Shown: piece after piece, positions 38,760-52,571 of the stretch | Numbering within the stretch: position 1 is the stretch's first letter | Layout of the letters: each line of letters begins with the position of its first letter | Origin: Eledone cirrhosa | Lineage: Eukaryota | Assembly (NCBI GenBank): GCA_964016885.1 | Contig: OZ024742.1 | Coordinates: 282,348,001 to 282,412,000, forward strand | DNA length: 64,000 bases | Direction of reading: 5' to 3' | The notes under the pieces: generated by a model | The model's database searches: none | What the model was told of the DNA's origin: nothing | What the model saw: only the letters and a program-made list of their open reading frames with translations | Made by a program: the position numbers and the translations under genes

Positions 38760-41216
38760 ATTTCAACTGACCTCACTCAGAATAGGCAGCATAAATGCGC
38801 GTGGCTTGGGGTCGTCATGGAAGCAGGGCCATCTGCTCAACGACCTCAGGTCACTAAACATAGATGTAGTGGCCATCAGCGAGACCAGAATCTCCGAAGG
38901 TACGGGCCTTCGCACCGATCTTCGGCGGCTACGACGTGTACACATCTCCCAGCCATCCTGGATCGGGGGGGAGGAGTTGCTGTGCTTTTTCGGAGAGGTT
39001 TGGATCTCGCCATACGGGCCATCTTCCTAGACCCAGAGGGTAAGCTGGTGGTGCTGGACGTGACCAGCGGAGACGGGCAAGCTTTCAGGCTAGTGGCCGT
39101 CTATGCCCCGACAGGAGCAGGGCGGCCTGATTACTTCCGGCGTCTGGAGACCTTTCTTGGAACGTCCCCCTCTTTAGTTTTAGTGGCGACTGGAAGGGGA
39201 TCTTAGATGCACGCTGGGACTGTGTGGGATTAGCGGATAGGGGAGGAGGGTGCAAGAGCCTCACCAACCTGCTCAGGCGTTTTGGACTGTCTGACAGGTA
39301 CCGATTGGATTTCCCGAATGTGCCAATGTGGACTTGGACAAACCGTATCGGGTCATCCAGATCATATCTAGATAGAGTATTTTGTAGGGAAATAGATAGG
39401 TGTAGCATCGGCTGTCCACAATTCAAGATAGTCAGCTACACGGACCACAAATTCGTGATCTGTGTGCTTGACTTAGATAGGCTTCATAGACGAGGACCCG
39501 GCTACTGGAAGCTAAACGCGTCCTTACCAGCGCGCAAGGCGTACAGAGACTGGATTAGCGAACTAGTTAAGTGGGCGTTGACGGGGGCCATCGTCAACAA
39601 CAAGTGGTGGTTTGCTCTGAAAAGAGCGATTAGAATAGAGTCCATTAAGTTTAGTAAGGCTTTAGCAATAGAGAAAAATAGAGCAGAGGGAGAACTAGTT
39701 AGAAAATTAGACGAGGCGCTTAGCAAAGGCATCGCGACCGACGTACTTGCGGCGAAATTGGCCCTTGACCAATTCTTCAATGCAAAGCACGTGGCTGCGT
39801 TGTCAGTGCTAGGGTACGTTCTCTCAGACAGGAGGGGACGAAAGTCGTTCAATGGGCCCGAGTGGCGGAGGCGCGTCGTGGCAACAAAGCCACGATCCGG
39901 TCTTTGGTGGACCACGACGGGGGTATGCTACTCGATCCCGGGCAAATGTGTGAAGCTTTTCAGCGACACTTCGCTCAGCTGTTCGGGGGAAGCGGCGGGC
40001 CGGGTCGAGGGATGGAGTTTAGTGTCTACCTCGACGGACTGCCGCGGCTCCCGGCCACTGAGGCGGAGTGGTGCGAAAAGCCGATAACAGCCGCTGATGT
40101 ACGGGAGGCAATGACTGGCTGCACAAGGGGTAAATCGCCTGGTTTGGAAGCTCTGCCCTATGAACTTTACGTACAGATGCCAGACTTGTTCGGAGGCCTC
40201 TTGGCGGACGTCTACTGCAACTGGCAACAGAACGGGAGAATTCTCAGCTCTGTGAGCCGAAGAGCGGTGGCGCTGCTGAGAAAGGATACGAACAAGGGGG
40301 AAAACATAGATAATTTTAGGCCCATAACTCTGCTAAACACAGAGTTCAAGATTTTGGCCAAGGTACTAGCAAAGAGGTTGGCGCCTGTCGTTGGTGGTCT
40401 GGTGGGAGAGGCGCAGACATGCGCCATTCCCGACAGATCCATCCACGACAACCTCCACCTCATGCGATACATTGTAGAGAGGGTAGCTAGGGAACCGCCC
40501 AAAACTGGGACGAGGTGACGAGCAGGGTGGCTTCTCTCACCCAGAAGTGGGCGGAAAGGAAGCTATCCCTGAAAGGTCGAGCGGAGGTGGCTAACGCGTA
40601 CATGGCGTCCGTCATCTACCGTCGTACCTTGACCTAAGCCCCGCCTGACTGAGCTGGAGCGTTTGCTCTTTCGCTTTTTGTTGAAGAGACGCGCTCCGAT
40701 TGTCAGGCGGTCCATCTGCTGTGAACACCCGCTACGTGGAGGGCTGGGCATGCCGTGGCTGATGATGCGCAGACACGCGCTCAGGCTACGACATCTCCAC
40801 CTCGCAGATGCTCGCAGGGCGACGAAACCGTCCTGCACGCACTCGTCCTGTGTCCGAGCATTTCTGACTTGTGGGTTTATGTCGAACACCTGCTGTCACG
40901 TGTAGGACGGATCCAGCTATGAACTGAGTCCATCGTGTGGATCGCCCCGCCCTCTTCCTTTAGCCGGGAAGGGCAGGCAGTTTCTATCTGGCTGGTGGCC
41001 ATGGCGAAAGAGATAGTATGGTGGACACGTTTGAAAGGGCTGAAGACGAGCACTTACCTCTTCGGTGATGCCCTGATTAACTTTTTCAAATTTCATTTGA
41101 AAAGGAAAATCAGGGTAGAGAGGGAAGTGCTCTCTTCCCAGCATTTTGTTGAAAGATGGGTGAGAGAAGCAAGAATGGGCCGAGTGAATGGGCCTACTCT
41201 GAGTATGTGTCTGTAA
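38760..41216 (+). pseudogene. frameshifted, internally deleted ORF2 of Tx1 copy E
   Basis: Multiple frames match the ORF2 of copies A and C. Confidence 0.85.
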
Positions 41217-41496
41217 ATTAAAGGTGGAAAACTGGGAGAGCGCACTTGCCCTTGTGGTCAGGGTCACTTTAGCTTTTTATGGGCTTTCTCCACAAATGTC
41301 CCTCAGAAGTCTCCCCCCTATTGGGGAATTTTTCATTGTTATTTTTTTGTTACATCCTCTGTTTTTGTTTTTTACACGCAGAAATGCCCATTTGTACCGT
41401 CCTGTATTGTCCTGTACTGTCCTTAATGTCTACTTTATGTAAACTCTTCTAGTTAATAAAGAAAGCATTATTATTATTATTATTATTATATACATA

Positions 41497-41868
41497 CATG
41501 GTGGCTGCCAACTCGTTTTCGAGTACGGCCACTACTTTATATCCATGTAGGAGAACCCCTACCGATGTGCTGAACGAGTGTGACTTTTTAGTCCAGCCAG
41601 CGACTTAAAAACTCTGGCACAAACACTACACATGTGACAATTATTGACACATAGTGCTGGGCCCATGGTACCATGTGACGACAAGTGCAGAGAGATCTCC
41701 AGATATAAAGCAATGCCTGTGCCGTGAAGCTTTTATAGTGAGCAAAGGCACTGCACAAAGCCAGTCCCACTCTCTTAACCAAGATGATATTTACCAAAAA
41801 GAAGAACAAGTCAACATCATTGGATACCATCAGGGTTGCAGGTGTTATATCAGAGTTTTCCTTCTCCT
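41497..41868 (-). mobile_element. ~370-bp element with an RTE-like 3' end (C2H2 finger), in (CATA)n
   Basis: Minus strand encodes CSVCARVFKSLAGLKSHTRSAH*, followed by an actcg-aaaa-cgagt stem and a (TATG)n tail. Second copy at 63632-64000. Confidence 0.7.
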
Positions 41869-42066
41869 ACATACATACATACATACATACATACATACAT
41901 ACATACATACATACATACATACATACATACATACGTAGCTAGTCGCAGAGAATTGGTGCAGCTCCGGCCGTCTTTTACTCAATAATGTAAGGGTTATACG
42001 TTAGAAATACAAATCCATTACAAATTCATTACCCAATATAAATCCATTACCCATGCTTTGCAGCAC

Positions 42067-42235
42067 AGAGTTATGGCCCTTTATGATCTGAGTTCAAATC
42101 CCGCTGAGGTTAACTTTGCCTTTCATCCTTACGGGGTCGATAAAATAAAGTACCAGTCCCGCACCGGGGTCGATTTAATCGATTGTCCCCTCTCCCCAAA
42201 TTGCTGGCCTTGTGCCTATATAAGAAACTACTATT
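42067..42235 (+). mobile_element. tRNA-derived SINE (MetaSINE-like core)
   Basis: B-box gagttcaaatcc plus core gttaactttgcctttcatccttacggggtcgataaaataaagtaccag. Confidence 0.88.
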
Positions 42236-44231
42236 AACACTGTTTACATAAAATTTGAAGGATCGGATTAAAAAAACAAAGTTAGGAAGCTAACGTTTAT
42301 TAAACTATAATCAAGAATGAAATTATTCAATAGTGAAAGCATTAATAAACAGAAAAGCTTTCACTTTCTATGTGTCGATTATTAAAGTCCGTCAATTATG
42401 GTATTGATTGGAATAAAAGTCCTTGATTTTGATGATGAGTGTTTGATCAACGGAACGGATTATTTTTTAAATGAACGTATTTACGACTGGATATTCCACT
42501 GACACGTGTAACCTTAACGTAATTATCAACTATTTTCAGTGTGACACTGTGTGACATGGCTGGTCTCTTTGAATTACAGGTACAATTCATCCGACTTCCC
42601 TCCAAATTAGTTTCCATCTACCCAATTTTATTCACAATGTTTGGGTGGACATGAGGCAATGTCAAATTAACACTTGATCAAGACATTTGCGTAGTGAAAT
42701 TCGTAAGCTTTTGGCCATGCTTCATCGACAGAAATTCCACAACATTATCACGATTGAAAATATTTAATGAGTTTATGTGTATTGGAATACAATCAAGAAC
42801 GAAAGTATTTCATAATAAAAGCATTAATGAACGGAAATATTCAATAGAAAAATACATTCACTTTCTACGTGTCGTTTCATATGGTTCATCCAATTATAGT
42901 ATTAACTTTACAATGAGGTTTATATTAGCTATTATAAAATAAATATTCACAATCACTTTAATCTTCTTGATAAAGATTATTTACGTTTATCCTGCTACAG
43001 ATTTGAATAATTTATAACCCACTAATTTACTTTATGATGGCATTAAATTTTTACCGTGAAATTAAAACCAGTATAAAATAAAATCGTTGGTCAATAAAAA
43101 TATTTAATCTTTAATAATATTTAATTAGTTTTAATCAGTTCTTCCGCTGAAAATTAATAAATAAAAATCTCATTATGGCGAACTTTGATAATAGCATGCC
43201 ACTTTCACTTAGGGAAACTGTAGCCAATATCATCAAATATGACTTTGTTCGGCGAACAGTTTGTTTGTCATAAGGAATATTTATTTGGTGCAATTCAAAA
43301 TTATGTTTTGTATTGTTGTGGTTGTTTTTGTTGTTGTTCGTGTCGTGTATTCAGTTTATTAGAGAAACACCGTAACCTTGCGTGTCGTAAAAGGCGACTA
43401 AATGGGTTGACGCCAGGAAGGGCATTCAACCTTAAAACATTGCTTCAAAAATGAGCTTGATATGAAGCCCACATGGCTAACCCCAAACCTTAACATATTT
43501 GTCATTGATGTTCTTTAAGATGGAAGGGTATGATTCTATCAAATTTTTTTGAGCTTTTCTGTTGTTCATGATTTTTTTCCTGTTTTGTTTAAGATCGCAA
43601 CCATAATAACAAAAGAGATTCCAAACTATATGATAAAATAACATCATCTGAGAACTAGGATATCGATAAATTTTCCTCTTGAACATTTTCAAATCGGTGC
43701 TTTCAGGAATCACGTGTGCATGGCGAAAGACCCAGAGAGTCGACATCCTGTTGGGAAAGGACTGGGTGTAGTGATTAATGTAGGTCTGACAATGGACTCA
43801 ATGTGGGTGGCGAGAGGAGGAGGAGAGAAGAGTGAGTCAGAAGTGATTGATTGGGGATGGCACGATACCAGCCAGCTCTTGTAGGAGTATGACGCCATTC
43901 AAATAGAATCATGCATGGCTGGATGGTTAGGTGGTTCGCTTTCTCATTATGAGAGCTGGGTTCGACCCTACTCCATGACATCTTTAATACTCCGTAGGTC
44001 TTTAACTAGGTCTCAATTTAAGCTAAAGCGCAGAAATGATGCTTCATAAGTGTGTTGAGGGTACATGTGTGTGGAAAACTGAACAATCAGTACGTTAATT
44101 CCTGAATCGGATATTCAGTTGACTTAAAGACTGAATATAGTCAAACCTGCCATAATTATACGAAATAATTTGTAGCAATATAACATCCTAGTTCTGGTTG
44201 AATTATACATACATACATACATAATTACATA

Positions 44232-45078
44232 CAAGAAAAACAGATAGAGATGCGGGCAAAACAACTAGATGTGACAACAAATGCAGTTTCTGCAGAATTA
44301 ACATCGAAGATGTTACCCATGTCATAAGCAGCTGTCCAAAGATGTCATCACGGTACTATCTACCTATGAGGCATGATGTAGGGGCCAAAACACTATACAA
44401 TGTGTAGAAAAGATAGCCCAGACAATAAGCATATGAAAAGTTACATGTGGAAGACATACACATACATAATATGAAAGAGTACTGATGGAATGTTCCAGTC
44501 AAAACCCCAATGAAATTCAAGCACTACAGAGCAAATATATGTAACATGGAAAAGAATGCATGCACAGCAGTGAAAGTTAGCTGCCGAATAGATGCCAATA
44601 TAATATTAAAGATTAGCAAAAAGGAGAATATCTATGCAGAACTAATGAGGAATCTGCAGATACTCCATTCTAACTATACCTTCACATTTATACCAGTAAT
44701 TATTGGGATATGTTAGTAACTGCTTCAGTACAAATTTTGAGAAGCTGGGCTTCACAGAACCAGAAAGATCACAACTAGTCAGGAAATTTCAAGTACAATC
44801 CATTAATGGACCAGTGAAAATATGCAAAACATTCCAAAAGGTCTGCATGTAACAACTGCATGTACACATGTACAGATACAAAACATAAGCACATGCACAC
44901 ATATATCTCAAAACATACACATCCAAACATACAATAACATCCATATCTACACATGCACGCATGCAGATATATCTGCCAAATTGATGTAGTCTAAATTCAA
45001 GTGAAAGAGTCTTGTGCCTATTTTAGAAACCGACTTCTCTCTATTGGTAAAGATTTATAAAATTATAAAACCAGGAGA
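44232..45078 (+). mobile_element. degenerate REL-type (R4-group) non-LTR 3' fragment in (CATA)n
   Basis: CSFCRINIEDVTHVISSC...MRHD and K.ENIY.EL...FIPVIIG motifs. The 3' UTR recurs at ~63440-63615. Confidence 0.75.
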
Positions 45079-45189
45079 ACATACATATGTACGTACATAC
45101 ATATATACATATACATGTATATATGTATATATATATACATACATGTATTTATACATATACATACGCATAAATATATATGTATATAAATA

Positions 45190-45215
45190 TCTGGTTCCTT
45201 ACCACACTTCCTTCG

Positions 45216-45257
<42 letters not shown>

Positions 45258-45391
45258 CGAAGGAGTTGTGGTAAGGGACCAGATGGACCATAACGCACCA
45301 GAGTACTCAATACTTAGGGTAGTAGAATGGGTAATAGGAAAGGAATAGCCGGCGAAACGGCTTGAGCTCTGCCGTCGGGGTCATACTTTTT

Positions 45392-45395
<4 letters not shown>
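45190..45395. mobile_element. (TA)n fold-back family copy, partly deleted
   Basis: Body shared with 7095-7172. Retains GAAA-cggc..gccg-TC-ggggtc. Confidence 0.75.
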
Positions 45396-45460
<65 letters not shown>

Positions 45461-46049
45461 GTGCCCACTACACACCCTCTGTCTAACCCCCCTTCCCATA
45501 TGGCTATGTGTAATACTAGTTTGAAGTGTTTACAACACACCACAAAATAAAATCTGCTTGCAGACAAAACAACAGTTTCACACTATTTGAAAACATATTT
45601 GATATTTATAACAACACTTTTTTTTTTTAATGTTTTAAAATATATTTCGTCTCGTTGAAAAAATATCTTCCTTGTTAGGCGGAAGTGTAGCCAACACGTG
45701 ACTTGCTAAAGGCAGAGTAAGGTTGCTGATAATGATACAATACAACTGTATTGTATGACCGTAGGAATAGATCTGACACATTTTCAACAAAATTAAGAAT
45801 ACCAATTCATAAACATTGATTGGATAATGAATTTTTCATTAAAGAACAGTCTGCCTGTCTGTCTGCCTGCAGTTTTTCATGATTTTGAAACTACACTCAT
45901 GTTGTTGTTGTTGTTGTTGCTTGTTTTTAAGGGGATGATGAAGGTGATGATGATAGGGATAGTAATGAGGGTGATGATGAAGGTGGAAGGTGGTAGTGAT
46001 GATGAAGTTGATGATTGTAATGATGATGATGACGACGATGATGGGTATA

Positions 46050-46203
46050 ATAATTGTTTCTACTTTTGGCACAAGGCCAGCAATTATCCCAGTGCATTAC
46101 TGGTACTTTATTTTATCGACTCCGTAAGGATGAAAGGCAAAGTTAACATCGGCGGGATTTGAACTCAGACCGTAAAGGGCCGTATCTCTACCGATACTGT
46201 CAA
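46050..46203 (-). mobile_element. tRNA-derived SINE (MetaSINE-like core)
   Basis: Reverse complement of the core and B-box. Confidence 0.85.
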
Positions 46204-48439
46204 TCCGGGTATAATAAGGATAATGATGATGTAGACGTTGGTGGTGAAGATGGTGATGATGATGATCATCATCATCATTATCATCATCATCATAATGATG
46301 ACCATGATCATGATCATGGTCACATGAAAAAGATGAAGAATGTGATGATGATTTTAATTATGGATCTACACATCAGCAATCACCTGGCTCTAAACATTAG
46401 TAAGAGACCGAGATACGGAGTGACCACTTGACGTACTGAAACGAGCAGCCAAATCAACCCCATAGGAGACCCTTAAAAATGAATGAAAACTCTCGAAAGT
46501 GTAATCCTACATATACACAAAGATAAGATGATCACAACTGGAATATCTTTTGTCTTAAGTCTGCTCAATCAGAGTTGTTCTTGTGATAAATAACAATATT
46601 AAAAGCAACCTTGTAATATAAAAAATATTTGTCTATTTTCTAAGAAATGATATCAGATTTTGTCGATGCCAGGAAATTTAGAAAGGGGTGGACTAATGAA
46701 ATGGTGACCTAATAACTGGGTGTCCTATCAGTTATTTCTTTATTTTTTAAAAATCCACAAGATTTACTCATGTTGTGGTATGCATGGTTAGAAATATAAT
46801 TGCTGTCCTCGATATAACGGAAACAATTCAAAACGAAGTTTTTCGTCTCACTTCAAGTCAAAGAATTAAAAGAATCGGCTGTAAAGTTCATAGGCTGACG
46901 AAGATACTCTCATAGAACGATCAAATGAGATTTATTGTTCAACATAGTCCCTTGAAAGAAACAAACAATGCAATTATTAATAAGAAGAGTTGAAATTAAT
47001 GCATGCAAGAGAGAGCTGATAAAATTATGATCAAAAGTCATTCAATCTATGACCATTGCGACTTTTCTTTTGGGATAGTGTAATCCGAATAATATTATCT
47101 AAATGTCTGTTTTATTTGTATAAGTATGGTTGAAGATACGACCACGTTTTTAGCAGGTCGATAGAATATGTAAAGCCTTCCTAGTTTCGTTTGTTGGTGT
47201 CATTGTTTAACAACAGTAGGCGAGGAAAGATATTTACAAATACACAATTTCCCTCTACATTTCAAGGATAAAGACATGGTGGTTATTTCAAACAGAAATA
47301 ACAGGTAAGACAAAACAGAACAACCGACACCTCTCACTAGGAAATGTAATGCCTTCTTTCCTATTCCAGGTTTCAGTAAAAGATTAAAAATAAAAACAAA
47401 AAGAAATAAGTATATATATATATAAAAACAAAACAATAGAAGTAAATGTATTTCTACCTCTCTGCAAGAAATAAATATAGTCTATATATATAGTATTATA
47501 GTTAATAAACATCGACAACTGGAAATATACACACTTAGCTGCTGCTGTTACATCGTCCAACAAACGACGACGCCATCTTGGTTGTTGGATTAGATGTTGC
47601 AAGAAAAATAATGTCTTCTTTTCTCGCTGTCACGTTCTCGGGTGTTACAGGAACAATAAAACCAATATCAGCAATGGAGGGAAAGAGAGGGAGAGAGGGT
47701 GGGAGAGAGGTGCCAAGAGAGAGAGAGAGAGAGAGAGGAAGAAAGAGATAGTTAGATAGATGAAGAGAAAGATCGATGGATATATTTGTATGTATGTGTG
47801 TGTGAGAGTATGGGAATGTGTGCGTGTGTACATATAGAGAAAGAAGAGAAAAAGGAGAGCGAGAGGTGGTTGATATCTTACTTCAAAATTGCTTTCTTGT
47901 ATATTAATGGCTAGGGATTTGATCTGATATTACGTATTGAAACAGGCTATTGTGATTTTTTTTGTAGAGTACCATCGGCATACACACTACATTATTACCC
48001 CAACTCCTCTGAATAATCCATGGAAATAACAAAATAAAGAATAACAACAATAAATGAAATGTGAGGGGATAAGATATATACTGTGTTATTGGTTATCATA
48101 ATATGGATTTCGTGTCGGTTTCGATGATGAGTGTTTCTCTTGTTCAATCATTGGCAGCTCTCTACCCATTGTATGATGATAGTGGAAATATTGCTAAGAA
48201 TTCCACTAGCAGTTGCACAGTTAAAATGTTATTTAAATAGAATCAACATAATATTGTGTGTGGAAAAGTTAGAACCTTGAATTACAGCCCATACTATGTG
48301 TAGGGTTGTTTGTTCTTTGAGTTGTAATACATATTGTATGACAACAATGCATATGACTAAAAATTATACATACACTTGTATGCTTAAAGTAATAATCACG
48401 CAGATTTAGCATGTGTTTAGTTTAGTTTCTTCTTCTTAG

Positions 48440-48760
48440 GCCCCACTCGGTCAGGAATGACCATGGTTTTGCACCTAGAAAGTTTCCCTCTGAGGCACAA
48501 GACTGGGCAACATTTGTTTTGTGGAAGACCAGCAGTCGCCCATGCATACCAGTCTCCCTCTCTCCACGCCATTGATGTTGTCTAAGGGAAAGTCAATGAC
48601 CGATACAGCTTGGCACCAGCGACGTCGCAACCCATTTGTACAGCTGAGTAAACTGGAGCAATGTGAAATAAAATGTCTTGCTCAAGGACACAACACCGGT
48701 CTGAGAACTCACAACCTCTTAATTGCAAGCCCAATGCTCTAACCACTAAGCCATGCACCT
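48440..48760 (-). mobile_element. tRNA-derived CORE/V-type SINE
   Basis: Minus strand has the A-box tggcttagtggttag, then tgtgtccttgagcaagaca. Homologous to 53336-53592. Confidence 0.75.
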
Positions 48761-49291
48761 TCACAAGTTTACTCATTGTATAATAATAGTATAATTACGA
48801 CTGAGAATTCCACCTGTTTAAATTAATCTTCAGACAGAATGAACATTACACTGCGTATGACAAGATTGATTCTTGCAATTACAGACACAGTCTATTCTAT
48901 GTAAGTGATCAAATCATGTAGGTGTTTGACGATTTCCACCTATACTCGTATACATAAAGTAATCTTCACATAGAATCAACGTAACACCCTGTATGTTTGT
49001 GAGTGACAATGTTGGTCCTTTCAATAGCAGATACAATTCGTTCTATATTATAGAGAAACCTAGTTATTAGCGAACACTTATATACTTAAAGTAATGTTCA
49101 GGCTAAATCGACACGATATTGTTGTGTGTCTCTGTGCATGAGTAACACAATTGAGACTTCGGATTACAAGTACAATTTATCTGATATTTATAATATGGAG
49201 TTATTCTTAATGTAACCTTTGGGCAGAACTAGCGTAAGATATTGTGTGACAATATTGAAACTTAGAATTACAGTTTATATAATATTGTGGA

Positions 49292-49472
49292 TTGGCAGTA
49301 TCGGTAGAGGGTCGGACGCCATGCTTTGACGCATAGAGTTACGGTCCTTGCCATTCTGAGTTCAAATCCCGCCGAGGTTAACTTTGCCTTTCATCCTTAC
49401 GGGGTCAATAAAATAAAGTACCAGTAATGCACCGAGTAATTGCTGGCATTGTGCCAAAAGTAGAAACAATTA
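49292..49472 (+). mobile_element. tRNA-derived SINE (MetaSINE-like core)
   Basis: tggcagtatcggtagag head, B-box and core. Near-identical inverted copy at 59930-60110. Confidence 0.88.
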
Positions 49473-49925
49473 TAATCTGATTTATTATTCTTTAATAGAT
49501 ACAGTTACATCATTGTACAATAATGGTGGAAATAGGGCAGAGGATTCCTCATACACGTCTATGTTTAAAGTAATCCCCAGACAGAATCAACATGACATTG
49601 TGTGAGAATGCTGACCATCTGAATTTCAAGTATGTTAAAGAAACTTGTCAGTAGCATTCTCATCCAGATTATATCTAATATTATAATCTGGATGAATATT
49701 CTACAGACACGTGTATCCATAACATATTCCTTAAGCAGACCCGATGTGACACTCTGTGTAAGTATGTGCGACAAAGCTGTCCCTCTGCATTACTGGTACA
49801 ATCTATGCTGAGGATTCCATGAGAGCGTGTGTGTTTCCATGAAACAAAGCTGGACTTTTGTGTAACAATCTATTCTGTTATAGCCTCAAAGACTTACTAA
49901 TCTACTTACACTTGTATCTTTAAAG

Positions 49926-50079
49926 CAGGGTTTCCCAAACGTTTTCAAATGCGGAACCCTTTTTGGTCCAGAAACTTTTGGGGCACCACAAAGTCTAATA
50001 CTGTTATATGGTCGTAATATAAATATACTCCTCTACCTTTTTTCACAGAACGCGAGACACTTCTTTGCGGGACCCACTG
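49926..50079. mobile_element. hAT-like MITE remnant
   Basis: Starts CAGGGTTTCCCAAAC after ctttaaag and ends gcgggacccactg (degenerate right TIR). Confidence 0.5.
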
Positions 50080-50987
50080 CTTTCGTTTTGAAGAAGGGCC
50101 TTTTAATTACAGATACAGTCGATTTTGTATTATAGTGTAAATGGCTGAGAATTCCACCTCACTTTTATAGTTAAAGTTATTCTGAGAGAATTTTATAGCT
50201 ACAGTATATCTGAGATTATAATGTGTGGTGGGTTATTCTAGAGACATCTGTATTCTAAATGTAATCCTTTGACAGAGATCGGCATGACACATTGGGGCAA
50301 AGTTGGCTCTTTAAATTGCAGGTATATGCTATTCTGTATTATAATGGAAACACAGCTGAATTTCCACGTATCTTTAAAGTAATCCTCGAGCAGAATCAAC
50401 TTGACACAATGTAAAGGTATGTGTGACAAAAGTGCTCATTTGAATTACAGGTACAATCCATTCTGTATTATAGCGTAACTTAGTATTCCACAGGTATTCA
50501 TATCCTGAAAGTAATTCTAATACAGAAACAACAGAATAATGTGTGTGTGTGACAAAACTGGCCTTTTGAATTACAAGTACAGTCTGAAATGGGCGATGTA
50601 AACCCCTCTCAAATAATTAACAACAAAAATATTTTAGAAATCAAAAAGAAACTCGAAAATAACAATAAAATACAATTAGGAAACGTTAAAAACAAAAACT
50701 AACTTACAGGAAAATTCAGTAATGGTGTTGTTCTCTAATTGATTTATTTATTTCATTATTGCCAGTAGTCTGGCGTTAGGACAAACACAGATCAGACAGA
50801 TTGTGGAAACAGTGAAAGAACGTTACAACAACAAACTGGTAAATGATACCTCGATGGAAAAAAATAAGGATCTGAGTAAATATACAACGGAGAGAAGAAG
50901 ATAGAGAGAGGGAGAGAGAATGAGGGAGAGTGAGAGAAGGAGTGAGAGGGAGGGGGAGAGAGAGAATGTGACAGAGAGAGAGCGAGA

Positions 50988-51063
50988 GAGTAGAATTGCA
51001 ATGGAGCGAAATAAAGTGAAATTACAACAGAGAGAGAATGGGGAGAGTTAAAGAGAGAGAGGA

Positions 51064-51137
<74 letters not shown>

Positions 51138-51480
51138 AGAAGGAGGAGTAGAATTTCAACGGAGCGAAATAAATTGAGATTACAAGAGAGAGAGAATGGA
51201 GAGCATTAAACAGAGAGGGGGAGCAGAGAGAGACAGAGCGAGACAGAGAGAGAGACAGAGAGATAGAGAAAGAAAGAAAAAGAGTAGAATTGCAACGGAG
51301 CAAGATAAGGTGAAATTACAACAGAGAGAATGGAGAGCGTTAAAGAGAGAGAGGGGGAGAGAGAAGGGGGAGAGAGAGGTGTAGAGAGAGGGGGAGGGAG
51401 AGAGAGAAAGAGTAGAATTGCAACTGAGCGAGATAAAGTAAAATTACAACAGAGAGAATGGAGAGCGTTAAAGAGCGAGA
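50988..51480. repeat. 4 tandem copies of a ~70-bp unit spaced by variable (GA)n
   Basis: gagtagaattgcaacggagcg..aaattacaacagagagaatggagagc at ~50988, 51146, 51282 and 51410. Confidence 0.88.
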
Positions 51481-51484
51481 CAGG

Positions 51485-51523
<39 letters not shown>

Positions 51524-52571
51524 ATGAGATAGAGAGGGTGGGGTGATTGAATGAACACTGAGATTTAGTGATATCTCACAAAATTGTTCTACTAATCAAC
51601 TGTTTGTTGGTCTTGGTGATATAGTATTAGGCTTATATATATATTTTTTTTTTTTTTTGTGTGGTATTGGTGATGGTGTTGGGATGGAGGAGATAAAAAA
51701 AACTACAATAATAATAATTAGTATGCGAGAAAACAATAAATAATGGAAGAATACAGCAAGCGAAACGAGAACCAAGCGACAACTAAAGGAAAAAATAACG
51801 AATATGAAATAAGACCGATAGAATATACCATAACTCATTCTTAAGAGATGTTAAATATGATAATATAAGGCATGTGTTATGTTATATTTAACATATTTCT
51901 GGTTTTGTTTTCGTTGAGCTTTGTGTGGAAATGATAGTTGTATTTAGTAGTTTGCTGTTGTAGATAAAGATGTTGGTGTTGTATTGTTGGAGGTGTTGTA
52001 GTGTTAGAGGTGGGGATTGTGTGCTGGTGGTGGTTGTGATGTTATTGATAGTGGTAATAGAGTTAGTGTTGGAATATAATTGCTGGTGGTTGTTGCAGTG
52101 GTCTCAGTGGTGGTGGTGGTGGTGGCAGTGGTCAGTTATGGTCGATGTGCTCAGTGGTGGTGGTCGCAGTGGTGGTGGTGGTGGCAGTGGTCAGTTGTGT
52201 TCGATGTACTCAGTGGTGGTGGTGTTGGTGTTGGCTATGACGGTTACAGTGATTATGGAGGGGGGCATGGCAATGTAGTGAGTGTTGTAGTAGTTGTTAG
52301 TGTTGGTGGAGATGGTAATGGTAAGAGCGGTGATGATGATCGGTCTCATCATCGCAATCATCATGGCGTTAATTTTCGTGGTAATTGTAGTGAAAATGAT
52401 ATTGCTGTTGGTGGTGGTAGTATTTCACAGCTACTTTGTGCTACTGTTTAGTGCGTCATGATACAACAAAAGGGAAAGAAATACTATTAAATCAGTCCAC
52501 ACACATGTACACCAGGAACCAAACCCCACTGTCACTGCCTCCATCTCTCCACCTCTCCCCATCTATCATTT

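Larger units (their letters stand above)
36558..41466 (+). mobile_element. Tx1-like LINE copy E, near full length and degenerate, in (TTA)n
   Basis: ORF1 with CX2CX4HX4C (CVVCGEGTHLRAFC), APE (GSINARGL, AISET, TDHK), RT fragments and AATAAA 3' end. Internal deletions at ~40495 and ~40800. Confidence 0.9.
48170..50590. repeat. ancient degenerate tandem array of ~110-140-bp units, interrupted by SINEs and a MITE
   Basis: The motif order aattccac..taaagtaat..cagaatcaac..gtgtgacaa..ttgaattacag.taca..tctgtattata recurs along the region. Solo relative at ~42485-42590. Confidence 0.65.

Noticed and set aside
43370-43480. gtcgtaaaaggcgactaa hairpin reminiscent of LINE/SINE 5' motifs or an HDV-like ribozyme part
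   Set aside because: I could not build the full pseudoknot. Probably a small repeat fragment.
47277-47380. Plus-strand mini-exon ATGGTG...ACAG|gtaaga with acceptor at 47369
   Set aside because: The spliced frame stops almost immediately and nothing else supports it.
50988-51480. Repeat-spacer-like array
   Set aside because: The spacers are only variable (GA)n, so this is an ordinary tandem duplication.
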